The position numbers and the translations under genes were made by a program. A model generated the notes under the pieces. That model did no database searches. It was not told where the DNA came from and saw nothing but the letters and a program-made list of their open reading frames with translations. From NCBI GenBank assembly GCA_964619725.1, contig CAZUFC010000013.1:32001-96000 (forward strand): 64,000 nucleotides of DNA, written 5' to 3'. The DNA is from an uncultured bacterium (GTDB lineage Bacteria; CSSED10-310; CAZUFC01). Shown in pieces: positions 10,333-20,165 of this stretch; position 1 is the stretch's first letter, and each line of letters starts with the position of its first letter.

Positions 10333-10523
10333 AAAAATGAGGATAGACTCTTTTTCCTGAAGGGGGGCACGTCGATTCAGCGATCAGCGCCTGTCTGATT
10401 TTTTTCCTCTCCTAGGATTACTGATTATTTGAAAACGTTGCGGGTTTATTGAGAATAGATACTGACGACTGCGGATAATTGGATGATTGACGATAAAAAA
10501 TTTTATTTTTTCAGTAAAAACTG

Positions 10524-10552
10524 TTGACAAATTGATGATGAGTTCCTATGGT
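10524..10552 (+). promoter_or_regulatory. sigma70 promoter of the rpsU operon
   Basis: TTGACA-17 nt-TATGGT with an AT-rich upstream tract. Confidence 0.6.
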
Positions 10553-10598
10553 GACTTCTGCTTTGATTTCTGCGATGAGCAGGAAGGGGTGAAGATGG

Positions 10599-10796
10599 AT
10601 GGTTGGTATTAGAGTGAAGCCTGAAGAATCTTTTGAAAGCGCGTTGCGTCGTTTCAAGAAACAATGCGAGAAGGCTGGGGTTCTGTCAGAGCTTCGACGC
10701 AGGGAACATTACGAAAAACCGAGCACGAAGAAAAAGCGCAAAGCTCTGGCTGCTCGAAAAAAACAGGCGAAACTGTCAAGAAAAACCAGAAGTTAA
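10599..10796 (+). CDS. rpsU: 30S ribosomal protein S21
   Basis: [33 protein letters not shown]. Confidence 0.98.
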   Translation: MVGIRVKPEESFESALRRFKKQCEKAGVLSELRRREHYEKPSTKKKRKALAARKKQAKLSRKTRS

Positions 10797-10889
10797 ACAT
10801 AATAAACATGTTGCTTCAAGTGACCGGCAACGCTATAACAGCGGAAACACTCCTAAGGGAATGTTCAATAAATTCACCCGGGAGCCGAA

Positions 10890-13328
10890 ATGGATGTGCA
10901 TTCGCTCAAGGTTCTTCAATACGATCAGGTTTTGGATATCCTTGGGCGATATGCCTCATCAAGCTGGACCAGAGAACGAATAAAGAGACTCACCCCTTCA
11001 GTCGATCAAAAATCAATCATAGAAGAACTTAACCTGGTTGAAGAGTATCGTTTGTTGATTGATGAAAAGGAGGCGCCGCCCAGGCCCCGCGTTTTTGATC
11101 TGCGTGAAGCTCTGGACAAATCCGAAACCCTCGGATACGCTCTGGAATCCTCTTACTTTTTGAAGATAGCGGATGCTTATCGTCATCTGCGGGAATTATC
11201 CAGTTATCTTTCCAGGGTGAAAGAAAGCTCTCCCCGGCTTTATGCTGTCCGAGAAAAGTTGAAAACAGACCGTGGATTTGAGGAAGAGATACTGAGAAAA
11301 ATCGACGAGCACGGAAACGTCAAGGACAGGGCGAGCGCCGAATTGGCTTCAATACGAAGCAGGATCAATGGATTAAGAGACCGGATAAGAACAAGGATTT
11401 ACGGGATACTGGAGGGATTGTTGCCGAGAGATATCGTCAGCGATACAGTGGTAACGATACGCAACAACAGATTAGTGATTCCTGTAAAGACGGAGGCGAA
11501 GAACCGGGTGCCCGGGATCATGCACGATCAATCTTCAAGCGGAGCGACGGTTTTTATTGAACCTAATGCGACGGTAGGGATGAACAATGAGCTTGCGGAG
11601 CTGCAGATAAAGGAGAAGCAGGAAGTCCATAAAATACTTGTTGATTTGACCGACAAATTGCGTGAGCGTGCGGGTATGATCCAGATATCGCTTGAGGCAT
11701 TGATAAAACTGGACATGGTGCATTGTAAAGCAATGTTTGCGGAGGAATATGACTGCCATAATCCGGCAGTGACTTCCGAAAGAACCTTTTTTCTTCAGAA
11801 AGCCCGGCATCCTTTACTCGTACTCCAGAAAATAAAAGAGAAAACCGCCGGAAAAAAAACGATAAACATCGTGCCGACTACACTTAAACTTACTCCTGAA
11901 CAGCCTGTAATGCTTATTTCAGGCCCTAATGCTGGAGGTAAGACGGTAGCGCAGAAGACAGCAGGACTGATTGCTTTGATGGTTCAGACCGGTATTCCGG
12001 CGCCCTGTTCGCCGGACAGCGTTATCCCCGTCTTTTCCGGCATATTCGCCGATATCGGGGATGAGCAGTCGATTGAGGAATCCTTATCGACCTTTTCCGG
12101 TCATATGTTGAGGATAAAGCAATTTTTTCAGAAAGCGGATGCTCATAGTCTTGTTCTTCTGGATGAGCTGGGAGCCGGCACGGATGCTTCTGAAGGTTCG
12201 GCGCTGGGCGTCGCGGTTTTAAAAGAGTTCATCAGGCGTGAATCTTTGACTATAGCCGTCACGCATGGGGAGGGCATTAAAAATTTCGCAGTTACGCAGT
12301 CCAATATCATTAATGCTTCCGTTTCATTTGATGAAGAAAAGCTGGTACCGACGTATCGACTGGTTAAAGATAAACTGGGTAGAAGCTACGGTTTTCAGGT
12401 CGCTGCCTCTCTTGGAATGCCCCAACATATCATTGAAGAAGCGGAGAAAGCTCTGGATCAGGAAACCTGGCAAAGGTTAAGACTTATCGAAGTCCTCGAA
12501 AAAGAAAGAGAAAGTCTCGCCGAATTGCGTCAGAACATGATGATAAAACAGCAAGAAATAGATATCAACGATGAGCGTACCCGGAAACTTTTGAAAGAAA
12601 CTGAAGAAAAAACCAAAAAAGATATTTCAGAAGCCAGGGAAAAGGGATATCGTTTAATAAAGGATATGAAAAATCGATTCGAAATCCTTTTTAAAAACAT
12701 CCAAAGGCAAGCGAAAGACGACGCTGAAATAAAGAAAACATTTCAAAAAGAGATCGACAGGGCGAGGAACCTGATGTTTGACAGACTGGCCGTACCGGAA
12801 AGCAAATCGCCGAAAAAGAAGCAGCGACTGAAAAAAGGAGATCGGGTGTGGGTCACATCGCTTAACAAGGAGGGGCGAGTCGAAACGGTAGAAGAGAACA
12901 AGGCGAAGATCAGGGTAGGAGCGGTGACCGTTACCCTTTCAGATGATGAATTGAGAAATATAAGGATTCTGGCGCCTCAAAAGGACGAAGAAAAAAGAGA
13001 ACCTGAGGTTGAAAAGAAGCAGGCGGATGAGAGAGTGTCCATTGATTTCGATGAGACTGAAATAAACTATGAATTGCCTATGCGCTTGTATTTGTTGGGT
13101 TATAGAGTTGAAGAAGCGATAAGAGAGACTGATCGATATCTGGATCAGGCTTTTAGGGCCGGTTATCCGGAAGTGGCGCTCATTCACGGAATCGGCACGG
13201 GACGACTGATGAGAGGGCTGCATCAGCGCTTAAGGAAAACACCTAACGTTTCATCTTTTCGGATGGGCCGCCCTGAAGAAGGCGGCAGGGGAGTTACGGT
13301 CGTTTCTTTGAAGCGCAGGGAATACTGA
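10890..13328 (+). CDS. mutS2: Endonuclease MutS2
   Basis: HDQSSSGATVFIEP, Walker A GPNAGGKT, DIGDEQSIEESLSTFS, LLDELGAGTD, a coiled coil, and an Smr domain (IHGIGTG). Confidence 0.95.
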   Translation: MDVHSLKVLQYDQVLDILGRYASSSWTRERIKRLTPSVDQKSIIEELNLVEEYRLLIDEKEAPPRPRVFDLREALDKSETLGYALESSYFLKIADAYRHLRELSSYLSRVKESSPRLYAVREKLKTDRGFEEEILRKIDEHGNVKDRASAELASIRSRINGLRDRIRTRIYGILEGLLPRDIVSDTVVTIRNNRLVIPVKTEAKNRVPGIMHDQSSSGATVFIEPNATVGMNNELAELQIKEKQEVHKILVDLTDKLRERAGMIQISLEALIKLDMVHCKAMFAEEYDCHNPAVTSERTFFLQKARHPLLVLQKIKEKTAGKKTINIVPTTLKLTPEQPVMLISGPNAGGKTVAQKTAGLIALMVQTGIPAPCSPDSVIPVFSGIFADIGDEQSIEESLSTFSGHMLRIKQFFQKADAHSLVLLDELGAGTDASEGSALGVAVLKEFIRRESLTIAVTHGEGIKNFAVTQSNIINASVSFDEEKLVPTYRLVKDKLGRSYGFQVAASLGMPQHIIEEAEKALDQETWQRLRLIEVLEKERESLAELRQNMMIKQQEIDINDERTRKLLKETEEKTKKDISEAREKGYRLIKDMKNRFEILFKNIQRQAKDDAEIKKTFQKEIDRARNLMFDRLAVPESKSPKKKQRLKKGDRVWVTSLNKEGRVETVEENKAKIRVGAVTVTLSDDELRNIRILAPQKDEEKREPEVEKKQADERVSIDFDETEINYELPMRLYLLGYRVEEAIRETDRYLDQAFRAGYPEVALIHGIGTGRLMRGLHQRLRKTPNVSSFRMGRPEEGGRGVTVVSLKRREY

Positions 13329-13435
13329 ATCGAAGCAGAATTCCGATCGTTCGGCGTTGAGTGAAGAATTGAAATAAGTCGAATTTTTTGATAAATTAAA
13401 AACGGTTTCATGGTTGATTTTTCAAGGGCAGTGTT

Positions 13436-15259
13436 ATGACTTTAATTAATCAGGCTGTGGTAGAGGAAATAAGACATCGCGTCGATATCATTGATGTCGT
13501 TTCTGGATACGTCTCCCTTAAAAAAGCTGGACGTTCCTTTAAGGGATTATGTCCTTTTCACAGGGAAAAAACGCCCTCTTTTGTCGTAACGCCTGAAAAG
13601 CAAATTTACCATTGCTTCGGTTGTGGAAAAGGCGGGGATGTCTTCAATTTTGTCATGGAGATGGAAGGTTTAGGATTCGTCGAAACCGCCAGAATGCTGG
13701 CTCAGAAAGCCGGCGTTGTTATTCCCGAAGGACCCAAAGATTCCCGTGCTATAAAAAGAAAAAAGGAATCGGAGCTCATAAGAGCGGCAAATAAAGTCGC
13801 CTGCCGCTGGTTTAAAGACCAGTTGAAAAGCTCCAGGTGGGGCGGTATTCCCCGTAATTATCTGAAACATAGACAAATTTCTCAGGATTCTATCGAATTC
13901 TTTGATCTGGGATATGCTCCGGAAAGCTGGAACTCGTTGATCGAATTTATGACCAAACAGGATTTCTCCCGAGAGATTCTGATAAAAAGCGGACTCGCAA
14001 AAAAAGGAAAAACATCCGCCTATGACGCGTTTCGCAACAGGCTTATTTTTCCTATCAAAAGCATTTCCGGCGACGTTATAGCCTTTGGCGGCAGAATTCT
14101 CAGCGATCAGGAACCCAAATATCTCAACTCCCCCGAAACGCCTGTTTACAGGAAAAGTTCTTCTATTTTCGGGCTTCATCAGGCCAGATCGCATATCAGA
14201 GACGCAGGGTTCGCCATCATAGTGGAAGGATATTTCGATGTGATCGGGCTCGCAGACAGGGGAATTAAAAACGTGGTTGCCCCTCTCGGCACATCTCTAA
14301 CCGAAAATCAAATACAGATACTGCGGAGATACTCAACCGACATCTATCTGATGTTCGATTCCGATGCCGGCGGCATTAAAGCCGTTCTCAGAAGCATTGA
14401 AATGTTGCTTGGTTTCGAATTGAATCAAATTCGCGTCGTCATGCTCCCCGAAGGCGATGATCCCGATGATATTGCACGAAGAGAGGGACCTGAAAAACTC
14501 AACTCACTGATTGCCGAAGCCCCGGATGCCTTCGACTTTCTCTTTCGGCATTTCTTCTCAGGCAAATGCGATTCGCTTCCTGAGCAGACAAAAATAGTCA
14601 ACAGCATGCTGCCCTATATACAAAAACTGCCCAGTCGATTCAAACGATCTTATTATATCGAGCGCCTGGCTGAAAAACTGAAAGTCGACGACTCGCTGCT
14701 TCTTGATGAACTTAATAAAGTCAAAAAGAACAGAATAAAAAAAGTTTCCCCCACCGAAACAGCCTGCAATCCCGCATATGAAATTGAAAGTCAGCTCCTG
14801 TGGCTTATTCTGAACGAACCTCATAAAGCTTCCTGGATTTTTTCAGAAATTTCCTGGGAAATTTTTCATTGCTCAGAATTAAAAAAAATCGCCAGAGAAA
14901 TTTATCGAATCTTGCTGGAAGGCAAAAAACCTTCCTTCAATTCCGTATGCGACCGCTTGAATGATCCCTCTCTCAAATCGGAACTCAGTCGCCTGTGCTT
15001 TCCTCAACGAAGAGAGCTTCACATTGACGAAATTAACAAGGATGCTACTTTGAACGGATGCCTGCAAAATTTGAAAAACCGCATCGAAAGACAGGAAGAT
15101 TCTATTCTCCAAAATGCGATAAAAGATGCGGAAAAAGAGAAAAATGACGAAGAACTCAGAAGATTGATACTGGAAAGACAAAGAAGACGCAGGGAGGAGG
15201 CTGAGTCGTTCAACCGAAGGTTGAACGATGACGGAGAGTTTTTGAAATCAGGTTTTTAA
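13436..15259 (+). CDS. dnaG: DNA primase
   Basis: CHC2 zinc finger CPFH..KTPSF..HCFGC, KYLNSPET, and TOPRIM motifs IVEGYFD and FDSDAGG. Confidence 0.97.
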   Translation: MTLINQAVVEEIRHRVDIIDVVSGYVSLKKAGRSFKGLCPFHREKTPSFVVTPEKQIYHCFGCGKGGDVFNFVMEMEGLGFVETARMLAQKAGVVIPEGPKDSRAIKRKKESELIRAANKVACRWFKDQLKSSRWGGIPRNYLKHRQISQDSIEFFDLGYAPESWNSLIEFMTKQDFSREILIKSGLAKKGKTSAYDAFRNRLIFPIKSISGDVIAFGGRILSDQEPKYLNSPETPVYRKSSSIFGLHQARSHIRDAGFAIIVEGYFDVIGLADRGIKNVVAPLGTSLTENQIQILRRYSTDIYLMFDSDAGGIKAVLRSIEMLLGFELNQIRVVMLPEGDDPDDIARREGPEKLNSLIAEAPDAFDFLFRHFFSGKCDSLPEQTKIVNSMLPYIQKLPSRFKRSYYIERLAEKLKVDDSLLLDELNKVKKNRIKKVSPTETACNPAYEIESQLLWLILNEPHKASWIFSEISWEIFHCSELKKIAREIYRILLEGKKPSFNSVCDRLNDPSLKSELSRLCFPQRRELHIDEINKDATLNGCLQNLKNRIERQEDSILQNAIKDAEKEKNDEELRRLILERQRRRREEAESFNRRLNDDGEFLKSGF

Positions 15260-15315
15260 TTTTTTCCTTGACAAATGTCCTCAATATCCTTATTCATTGT
15301 GATGGTATGAATGTT

Positions 15316-15388
15316 GGGCCCATAGCTCATGTGGTAGAGCCACCGGCTCATAACCGGTAGGTGCCAGGTTCGAGTCCTGGTGGGCCCA
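15316..15388 (+). tRNA. tRNA with CAT anticodon, most likely tRNA-Ile2 (lysidine-modified); 3' CCA not encoded
   Basis: Acceptor stem GGGCCCA/TGGGCCC, anticodon arm ACCGG-CTCATAA-CCGGT, T arm CCAGG-TTCGAGT-CCTGG. G1-C72 is paired, so not an initiator. The discriminator A is followed by CTT. Confidence 0.92.
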
Positions 15389-15467
15389 CTTACTTGCTTT
15401 GGTTTTCCGGGAGGAAACAAATACGTTGATTTCTTATATAAAATTCCCTTTTGGGAGAAGGATTCCG

Positions 15468-15505
15468 AAAAAAAAGTGTACCGAATCTGGTACACTTTTT
15501 TTTTT
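15468..15505. terminator. Bidirectional-type intrinsic terminator after the tRNA
   Basis: A8-GTGTACC-GAATCT-GGTACAC-T10. Confidence 0.8.
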
Positions 15506-15561
15506 CCCCATAATGATGATTTTCGATTAGTTTCAGAATCGCATATAAAAGGAGTTTAAAG

Positions 15562-16269
15562 GTGAATTCCAGGCTAAAAAAAGTGATCGAATTACAAAAA
15601 ATCGATCACGTCATCAGGGAAATAGAAGAACGGAAAAAGGAGGTTCCCCGAGCCGTTGACGAGCTGGACAGGGAACTTGAAGAATCGACCACAGTTCTGT
15701 CCGAATATCGTAAACGGCTCGAAACGATTGAAACGGACCGCCGGTCCAAGGAAAGAGATGTAGAATCGAACAACGAGAAAAAGAAGAAATATGAAACGCA
15801 GTTATACAGCGTCAAAACGAACAAGGAATATACAGCTCTGCTGAACGAAATTGAAGATATGAATCGCCAGAATTTGAGTCTGGAAGAAGAAATTCTGGAG
15901 CTGATGGAAGAAGCGGATTCGCTTAAGAAAACTCTGGCCTTGAAAGAAGCGGAATTTAAGGAAGAAAAACGTAATATTCAGAAGAAAAAACAGGTCAGGG
16001 AAGAAGGGCTGGAATCGTTAAACAAAAAACTGGAAGAGAATCAAAAGCAGAGGGCGGATATCCTTAAAGCGATTGACCGGAATTTGATGAACAGGTATCT
16101 CAGGATTTCGAAAGTACGCCGCAACGTCGTGGTCCCGATTAAAGGAAATGCCTGTTCAGGATGTTTTATGGTGGTCAGGCCGCAGGTCCTGGCAAGAGTG
16201 AGAGAAAGCGAGCAAATAGTAACTTGCGATAATTGTTCTCGAATATTATATTATGAAGAGGACGAATGA
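15562..16269 (+). CDS. Coiled-coil protein with C4-type zinc ribbon (COG1579/DUF164)
   Basis: LQKID start, long coiled coil with VKTNKEY.AL..EI, then CSGC...CDNCSRILY. Confidence 0.9.
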   Translation: MNSRLKKVIELQKIDHVIREIEERKKEVPRAVDELDRELEESTTVLSEYRKRLETIETDRRSKERDVESNNEKKKKYETQLYSVKTNKEYTALLNEIEDMNRQNLSLEEEILELMEEADSLKKTLALKEAEFKEEKRNIQKKKQVREEGLESLNKKLEENQKQRADILKAIDRNLMNRYLRISKVRRNVVVPIKGNACSGCFMVVRPQVLARVRESEQIVTCDNCSRILYYEEDE

Positions 16270-16279
16270 TTCGTCCGGG

Positions 16280-16661
16280 AGCGAGTCTGAGAGGCGATCG
16301 CCGTCATGTTCGCATGTCGGAGGAAAGTCCGAGCTCCGGAGAGCAAAGCGCCGGCTAACGGCCGGGAACCGCGAGGTTACGGAAAGTGCCGCAGAAAACA
16401 TACCGCCTAAGTCCAACGTTTTGAATAAGATTCGGACAAGGACCGGTAAGGGTGAAAAGGTGCGGTAAGAGCGCACCGCGTGTCCGGCGACGGTCACGGC
16501 AGGGCAAACCCCGCTTGGAGAAAGACCAAATAGGAGGACGCTTGAGGGCTGCTCGTCCGATGTCTTTGGGTAGGTCGTTAGAAGGATCGAGTAATCGATT
16601 CTCAAGATTAATGATCGCCGCCCTTCGAAGGGAACAGAACTCGGCTTATTGAAGGCTCGCT
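16280..16661 (+). ncRNA. rnpB: RNase P RNA, type A
   Basis: GAGGAAAGTCCGAGCTC, GAAAGTGCCGCAGAAA, GGTAAGGGTGAAAAGGTGCGGTAAGAGCGCACC, GGCAAACCCC, ACAGAACTCGGCTTA. The ends pair to form P1. Confidence 0.97.
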
Positions 16662-16663
16662 TT

Positions 16664-16692
16664 ATGGTTGCGGTTGTCCGCAACCATTTTTA
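16664..16692 (+). terminator. Intrinsic terminator of rnpB
   Basis: ATGGTTGCGG-TTGT-CCGCAACCAT followed by a T tract. Confidence 0.85.
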
Positions 16693-16731
16693 TTTTGATA
16701 TATTTCTGAATGGCAGATGGAATAAAAAGGC

Positions 16732-17703
16732 ATGAGCAAAAAGGTCGGCATATGCAACGCATTGATGGACCGTCGTTATGTCAGGCGCTGGAGATCATTT
16801 CTGGAAAGTCTTGATTTTGATGTAATCGTATCTCCTGAAACAAATGTACAGATAAAAAATATGGGCCTTGAAAAGGCGACCGCTGAATGTTGTCTTCCGC
16901 TCAAGATTTTTTTTGGTCACTGTTGCAGTCTTAAAGACAGGGTTGATCATATCCTTGTACCCCGTTACGTCAGAATAACAAAAGGGACTTACATGTGCCC
17001 CGTATTTCTGGGATTGCCGGATATGGTTCGGGCGATTCTTTGCGATGATTCGATGATTTGGGAAATCAAGATCGATTTCCATACTGCCAAAAAAACGGAT
17101 GCCGGCCTCAGAGTATTCGCTGAAAAGGCGCAAAAGCCCCTGGCGGAAGTGAAAAAGGCTTTTAATAACTCCTTGGAGGAAATTCCGCAAGAAGCGACCC
17201 ACTGGTCGCCTTCAGAAAACAAAGACTTTTCTGAAGGACTTTACAAGAGAAAAAACTTACGTGTAGCGGTTATAGGCAGGCCGTACGTGATTTTTGATCC
17301 CGAATGCGGAGGAATGGCGGTAAAAATTCTGCAGGAAGAAGGATGTACGGTTTATTTTCCGAATTATACGGATGAGAAGGATAGGGAACGTTCATTGGAA
17401 TGTTTGGCCCGGCCCTTGTTCTGGTCGTCTGCGATTGAAACTGCAGGATCGGCTTTTCATATGCTGAGAGATTCGAATATCGACGGTATAGTTCATATTT
17501 CCAGTTTTGCATGCGGACCGGATTCCCTGGTAACGGCTCTGATAGGAAATCGAGCCGATGAATTGGGAGGCAAAACGCCTTTTTTGTCATTGATTGTTGA
17601 CGAACATTCGTCGGTTGAAGGGATAAGGACGCGTCTGGAAGCGTTTTTAGATATTCTTGACAGAATGCCTGATAATCAAACGGAAGACGAAAAGAGCGAC
17701 TGA
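16732..17703 (+). CDS. Acyl-CoA dehydratase activase-related protein (DUF2229 type)
   Basis: ECCLPLKIFFGH, CP.F.GLPD, GRPY...D, SFACGPDS, DEHS...G..TRLEAFLD. Confidence 0.8.
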   Translation: MSKKVGICNALMDRRYVRRWRSFLESLDFDVIVSPETNVQIKNMGLEKATAECCLPLKIFFGHCCSLKDRVDHILVPRYVRITKGTYMCPVFLGLPDMVRAILCDDSMIWEIKIDFHTAKKTDAGLRVFAEKAQKPLAEVKKAFNNSLEEIPQEATHWSPSENKDFSEGLYKRKNLRVAVIGRPYVIFDPECGGMAVKILQEEGCTVYFPNYTDEKDRERSLECLARPLFWSSAIETAGSAFHMLRDSNIDGIVHISSFACGPDSLVTALIGNRADELGGKTPFLSLIVDEHSSVEGIRTRLEAFLDILDRMPDNQTEDEKSD

Positions 17704-17716
17704 AAAGAGGCGAGAA

Positions 17717-19024
17717 GTGAATTTACGATTGGCTTTGGTATTTCCCTGGGACCAAATGGAGCCGTGGCGAGGCAAGAAATCTTCGTTCGTGTTTCCTCCC
17801 CTCGCTCTACCTCTGCTGGCGGCTCTAACTCCTCCGCACATTGATCTGAAAATCATCGACGAAGCCGTTGATCCGCTGAATTATCCTTATCCTGACTTTG
17901 ATGCCGTAGCTTTTTCTGTGGTTACGCCTTCAGCTCCCAGAGCCTATCAACTGGCGCAGATTTATCGGGAAAAAGGAGCCAAGATTATCATGGGCGGTCT
18001 TCATCCGACTGTGCTTCCTGATGAAAGCGGCAATTATGCGGATTCGGTCGTGATCGGGGAGGCTGAATTGATATGGAGACAATTATTGAACGATCTGGAA
18101 AACGATGAGTTGGCGCCTGTATACAAGAGTGCCGCAATGACTCCTCCGGAAATGATACCGTTCGCAGACAGATCGGGACTGAATCTGAGAAAATACGCCA
18201 TACCTTATACGGTACAAGCGACCAGAGGTTGTCCCTGGGGATGTTCCTTCTGCTGCACAACCAGACTTTTCGGTTCTAAAGTTCGGATGAGGCCTGTGGA
18301 TCAGGTGATTGAGGAAATAAAAAGTTTCCCGCGCAAGTTTTTCGTTTTTACTGATGATAACCTTTTCTTCGACAAGCGTTACGGGACTGAATTGGTCCAG
18401 GCTTTAAAACCCCTGAAAAAATGGTGGGTTACGCAAACGGATATGAGTCTCGCAAATCACCCCAATCTGATTAAATCAGCAGTTAATGCCGGCTTACTGG
18501 GCATTCTGGTGGGCTTTGAAACCATTCTTGAAGAAAACAGACGGGACATCGGAAAAGGAATCAAGAGTGCGGCTTTCTACAAAAACGCAGTGGAGGTTTT
18601 CCATCGTAACGGCCTGCTCGTTCAGGGTTCTTTCGTCGTCGGCTTCGACCACGACACTCCCGACATGTTTCCGAAATTGCTGCGTTTCTGCCGGGATTTG
18701 AAATTGGATACGGCCAACTTTTGCATTTTGACGCCACTGCCGGGTACCCGAATTTATGACAGGTTGAATTCCCAAAATCGTATAATTACCCCAGACTGGA
18801 AATTCTTCAATCGGCACTCGCTTGTTTTTCAACCTGAAAAATTAACTCCCCGGGAATTGCTCGAAGGCAGAAATTTTTTATACCGGAACTTCTATTCCTG
18901 GAAATCAATATGGAGAAGAAAACCCGGAAAATTACGTCATAACCTTTTTTATTGGACCTATAACATCAATTTCAGACGCGGAATCAGGGAAATTGTAAAC
19001 TTATCCCATAAGCTGGAGGACTGA
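17717..19024 (+). CDS. Cobalamin-binding radical SAM protein
   Basis: PPL.L..LAA, IMGGLHPT, VIGEAE, RGCPWGCSFC, FTDDN, TPLPGT. Likely start is GTG 17717 after AGAGG. Confidence 0.9.
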   Translation: MNLRLALVFPWDQMEPWRGKKSSFVFPPLALPLLAALTPPHIDLKIIDEAVDPLNYPYPDFDAVAFSVVTPSAPRAYQLAQIYREKGAKIIMGGLHPTVLPDESGNYADSVVIGEAELIWRQLLNDLENDELAPVYKSAAMTPPEMIPFADRSGLNLRKYAIPYTVQATRGCPWGCSFCCTTRLFGSKVRMRPVDQVIEEIKSFPRKFFVFTDDNLFFDKRYGTELVQALKPLKKWWVTQTDMSLANHPNLIKSAVNAGLLGILVGFETILEENRRDIGKGIKSAAFYKNAVEVFHRNGLLVQGSFVVGFDHDTPDMFPKLLRFCRDLKLDTANFCILTPLPGTRIYDRLNSQNRIITPDWKFFNRHSLVFQPEKLTPRELLEGRNFLYRNFYSWKSIWRRKPGKLRHNLFYWTYNINFRRGIREIVNLSHKLED

Positions 19025-19115
19025 TATCTTTAAATTCTGATGAAAAAGTCAATAAACGCTCTCGACTCGCCATTCTCAATCGCATACAATAGTTCACAGA
19101 AGAGGTGAAGGGCTG

Positions 19116-20129
19116 ATGTCTTTGCATTTGAGTCGGTTTAAAATAAGCATCATTTTAATGGCGCTTATCGCTTGCACCGGCGTTCTTGGTTATGAAATTA
19201 TTGAGGGAATGTCGTTTCTGGATGCTGTTTACATGACTGTCATTACTTTGGCGACTGTCGGGTATCAGGAAGTCAAACCGCTCAGCGATGGAGGCAGAAT
19301 TTTTACTGTCGGTTTGATTCTCAGCGGCGCCATGCTGGCGGCTTACGTCGTGACAGCCTCAGCAAATATTATTTTTGAAGGGCGCCTGAAATCGTTTTAC
19401 CGGAGAAAATCCATGAAAAACAGAATTATGAATTTAAAGAATCATCATATTTTGGCCGGGTATAATCGCATCGGAGTGCAGGTCGGAAGAGAGTTCCATA
19501 GTCGCAAAACGGATTTTGTGGTCATTGAAAAAGACGCAGAAAAAGCCGAAGAACTGATGGAGAAAAACTTTCTGGTTGTAACGGGAGATGCGCTGGAGGA
19601 TGAAGTGCTGGTGGAAGCGGGGATTAAAAGAGCCAAAACGCTTATTACAGCCCTTACCGATGATGCGGATAATGTTTATGTTACGCTGACGGCTAAAAGC
19701 CTGAATCCGAATGTTATCGTCGTCGCACAGACAAACTCCGAAATGACCGCTAGAAAGCTCGGCCGGGCCGGCGCCGACAAAGTTATCCTGCCCTACGAGA
19801 TCGGCGGCAATATGATGGCGCTCGCTGCCATAAGACCTCACGTAACCGACTTGATCGAACTCACAACCGTAAGGCATGAATTGGACCTGGAAATAATGGG
19901 CGTTCAGGTCGAATCAGGTTCTGTTTTATGCCGAAAAACACTGGCTGATACTCGTTTGTCCAGAGAATTGGGATTGATCGTCATCGCAGTCAAAAAAGGG
20001 GAAGAAACCGTTTTCAATCCTTCCTTCGAAACTCTGATTGAAGACAAGGATATTCTGTTCGTCATTGGCAGCGAAAAACAACTCAGAAAATTGGAAAGAC
20101 TGGCTTTGAAATTAGATTCAGATGCCTGA
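19116..20129 (+). CDS. Potassium channel protein with TrkA-N/TrkA-C (RCK) domains
   Basis: 2 TM helices with pore segment DAVYMTVITLATVGY, an RCK domain (H.ILAGY.R.G, GDA, AGADKVI.P) and a TrkA-C domain. Confidence 0.9.
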   Translation: MSLHLSRFKISIILMALIACTGVLGYEIIEGMSFLDAVYMTVITLATVGYQEVKPLSDGGRIFTVGLILSGAMLAAYVVTASANIIFEGRLKSFYRRKSMKNRIMNLKNHHILAGYNRIGVQVGREFHSRKTDFVVIEKDAEKAEELMEKNFLVVTGDALEDEVLVEAGIKRAKTLITALTDDADNVYVTLTAKSLNPNVIVVAQTNSEMTARKLGRAGADKVILPYEIGGNMMALAAIRPHVTDLIELTTVRHELDLEIMGVQVESGSVLCRKTLADTRLSRELGLIVIAVKKGEETVFNPSFETLIEDKDILFVIGSEKQLRKLERLALKLDSDA

Positions 20130-20165
20130 AAAAATATACGCCCATTCTTCAGGACTGCCGCAGGA

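Noticed and set aside
15256-15495. 79-aa minus-strand ORF
   Set aside because: It is antisense to the tRNA and its terminator.
16246-16683. ORFs of 145, 71 and 66 aa overlapping this region
   Set aside because: They are shadows of the RNase P RNA gene.
19245-19275. K+ channel filter reads TVGYQ rather than TVGYG
   Set aside because: Such variants are common in prokaryotic 2-TM RCK channels, so it is not distinctive.
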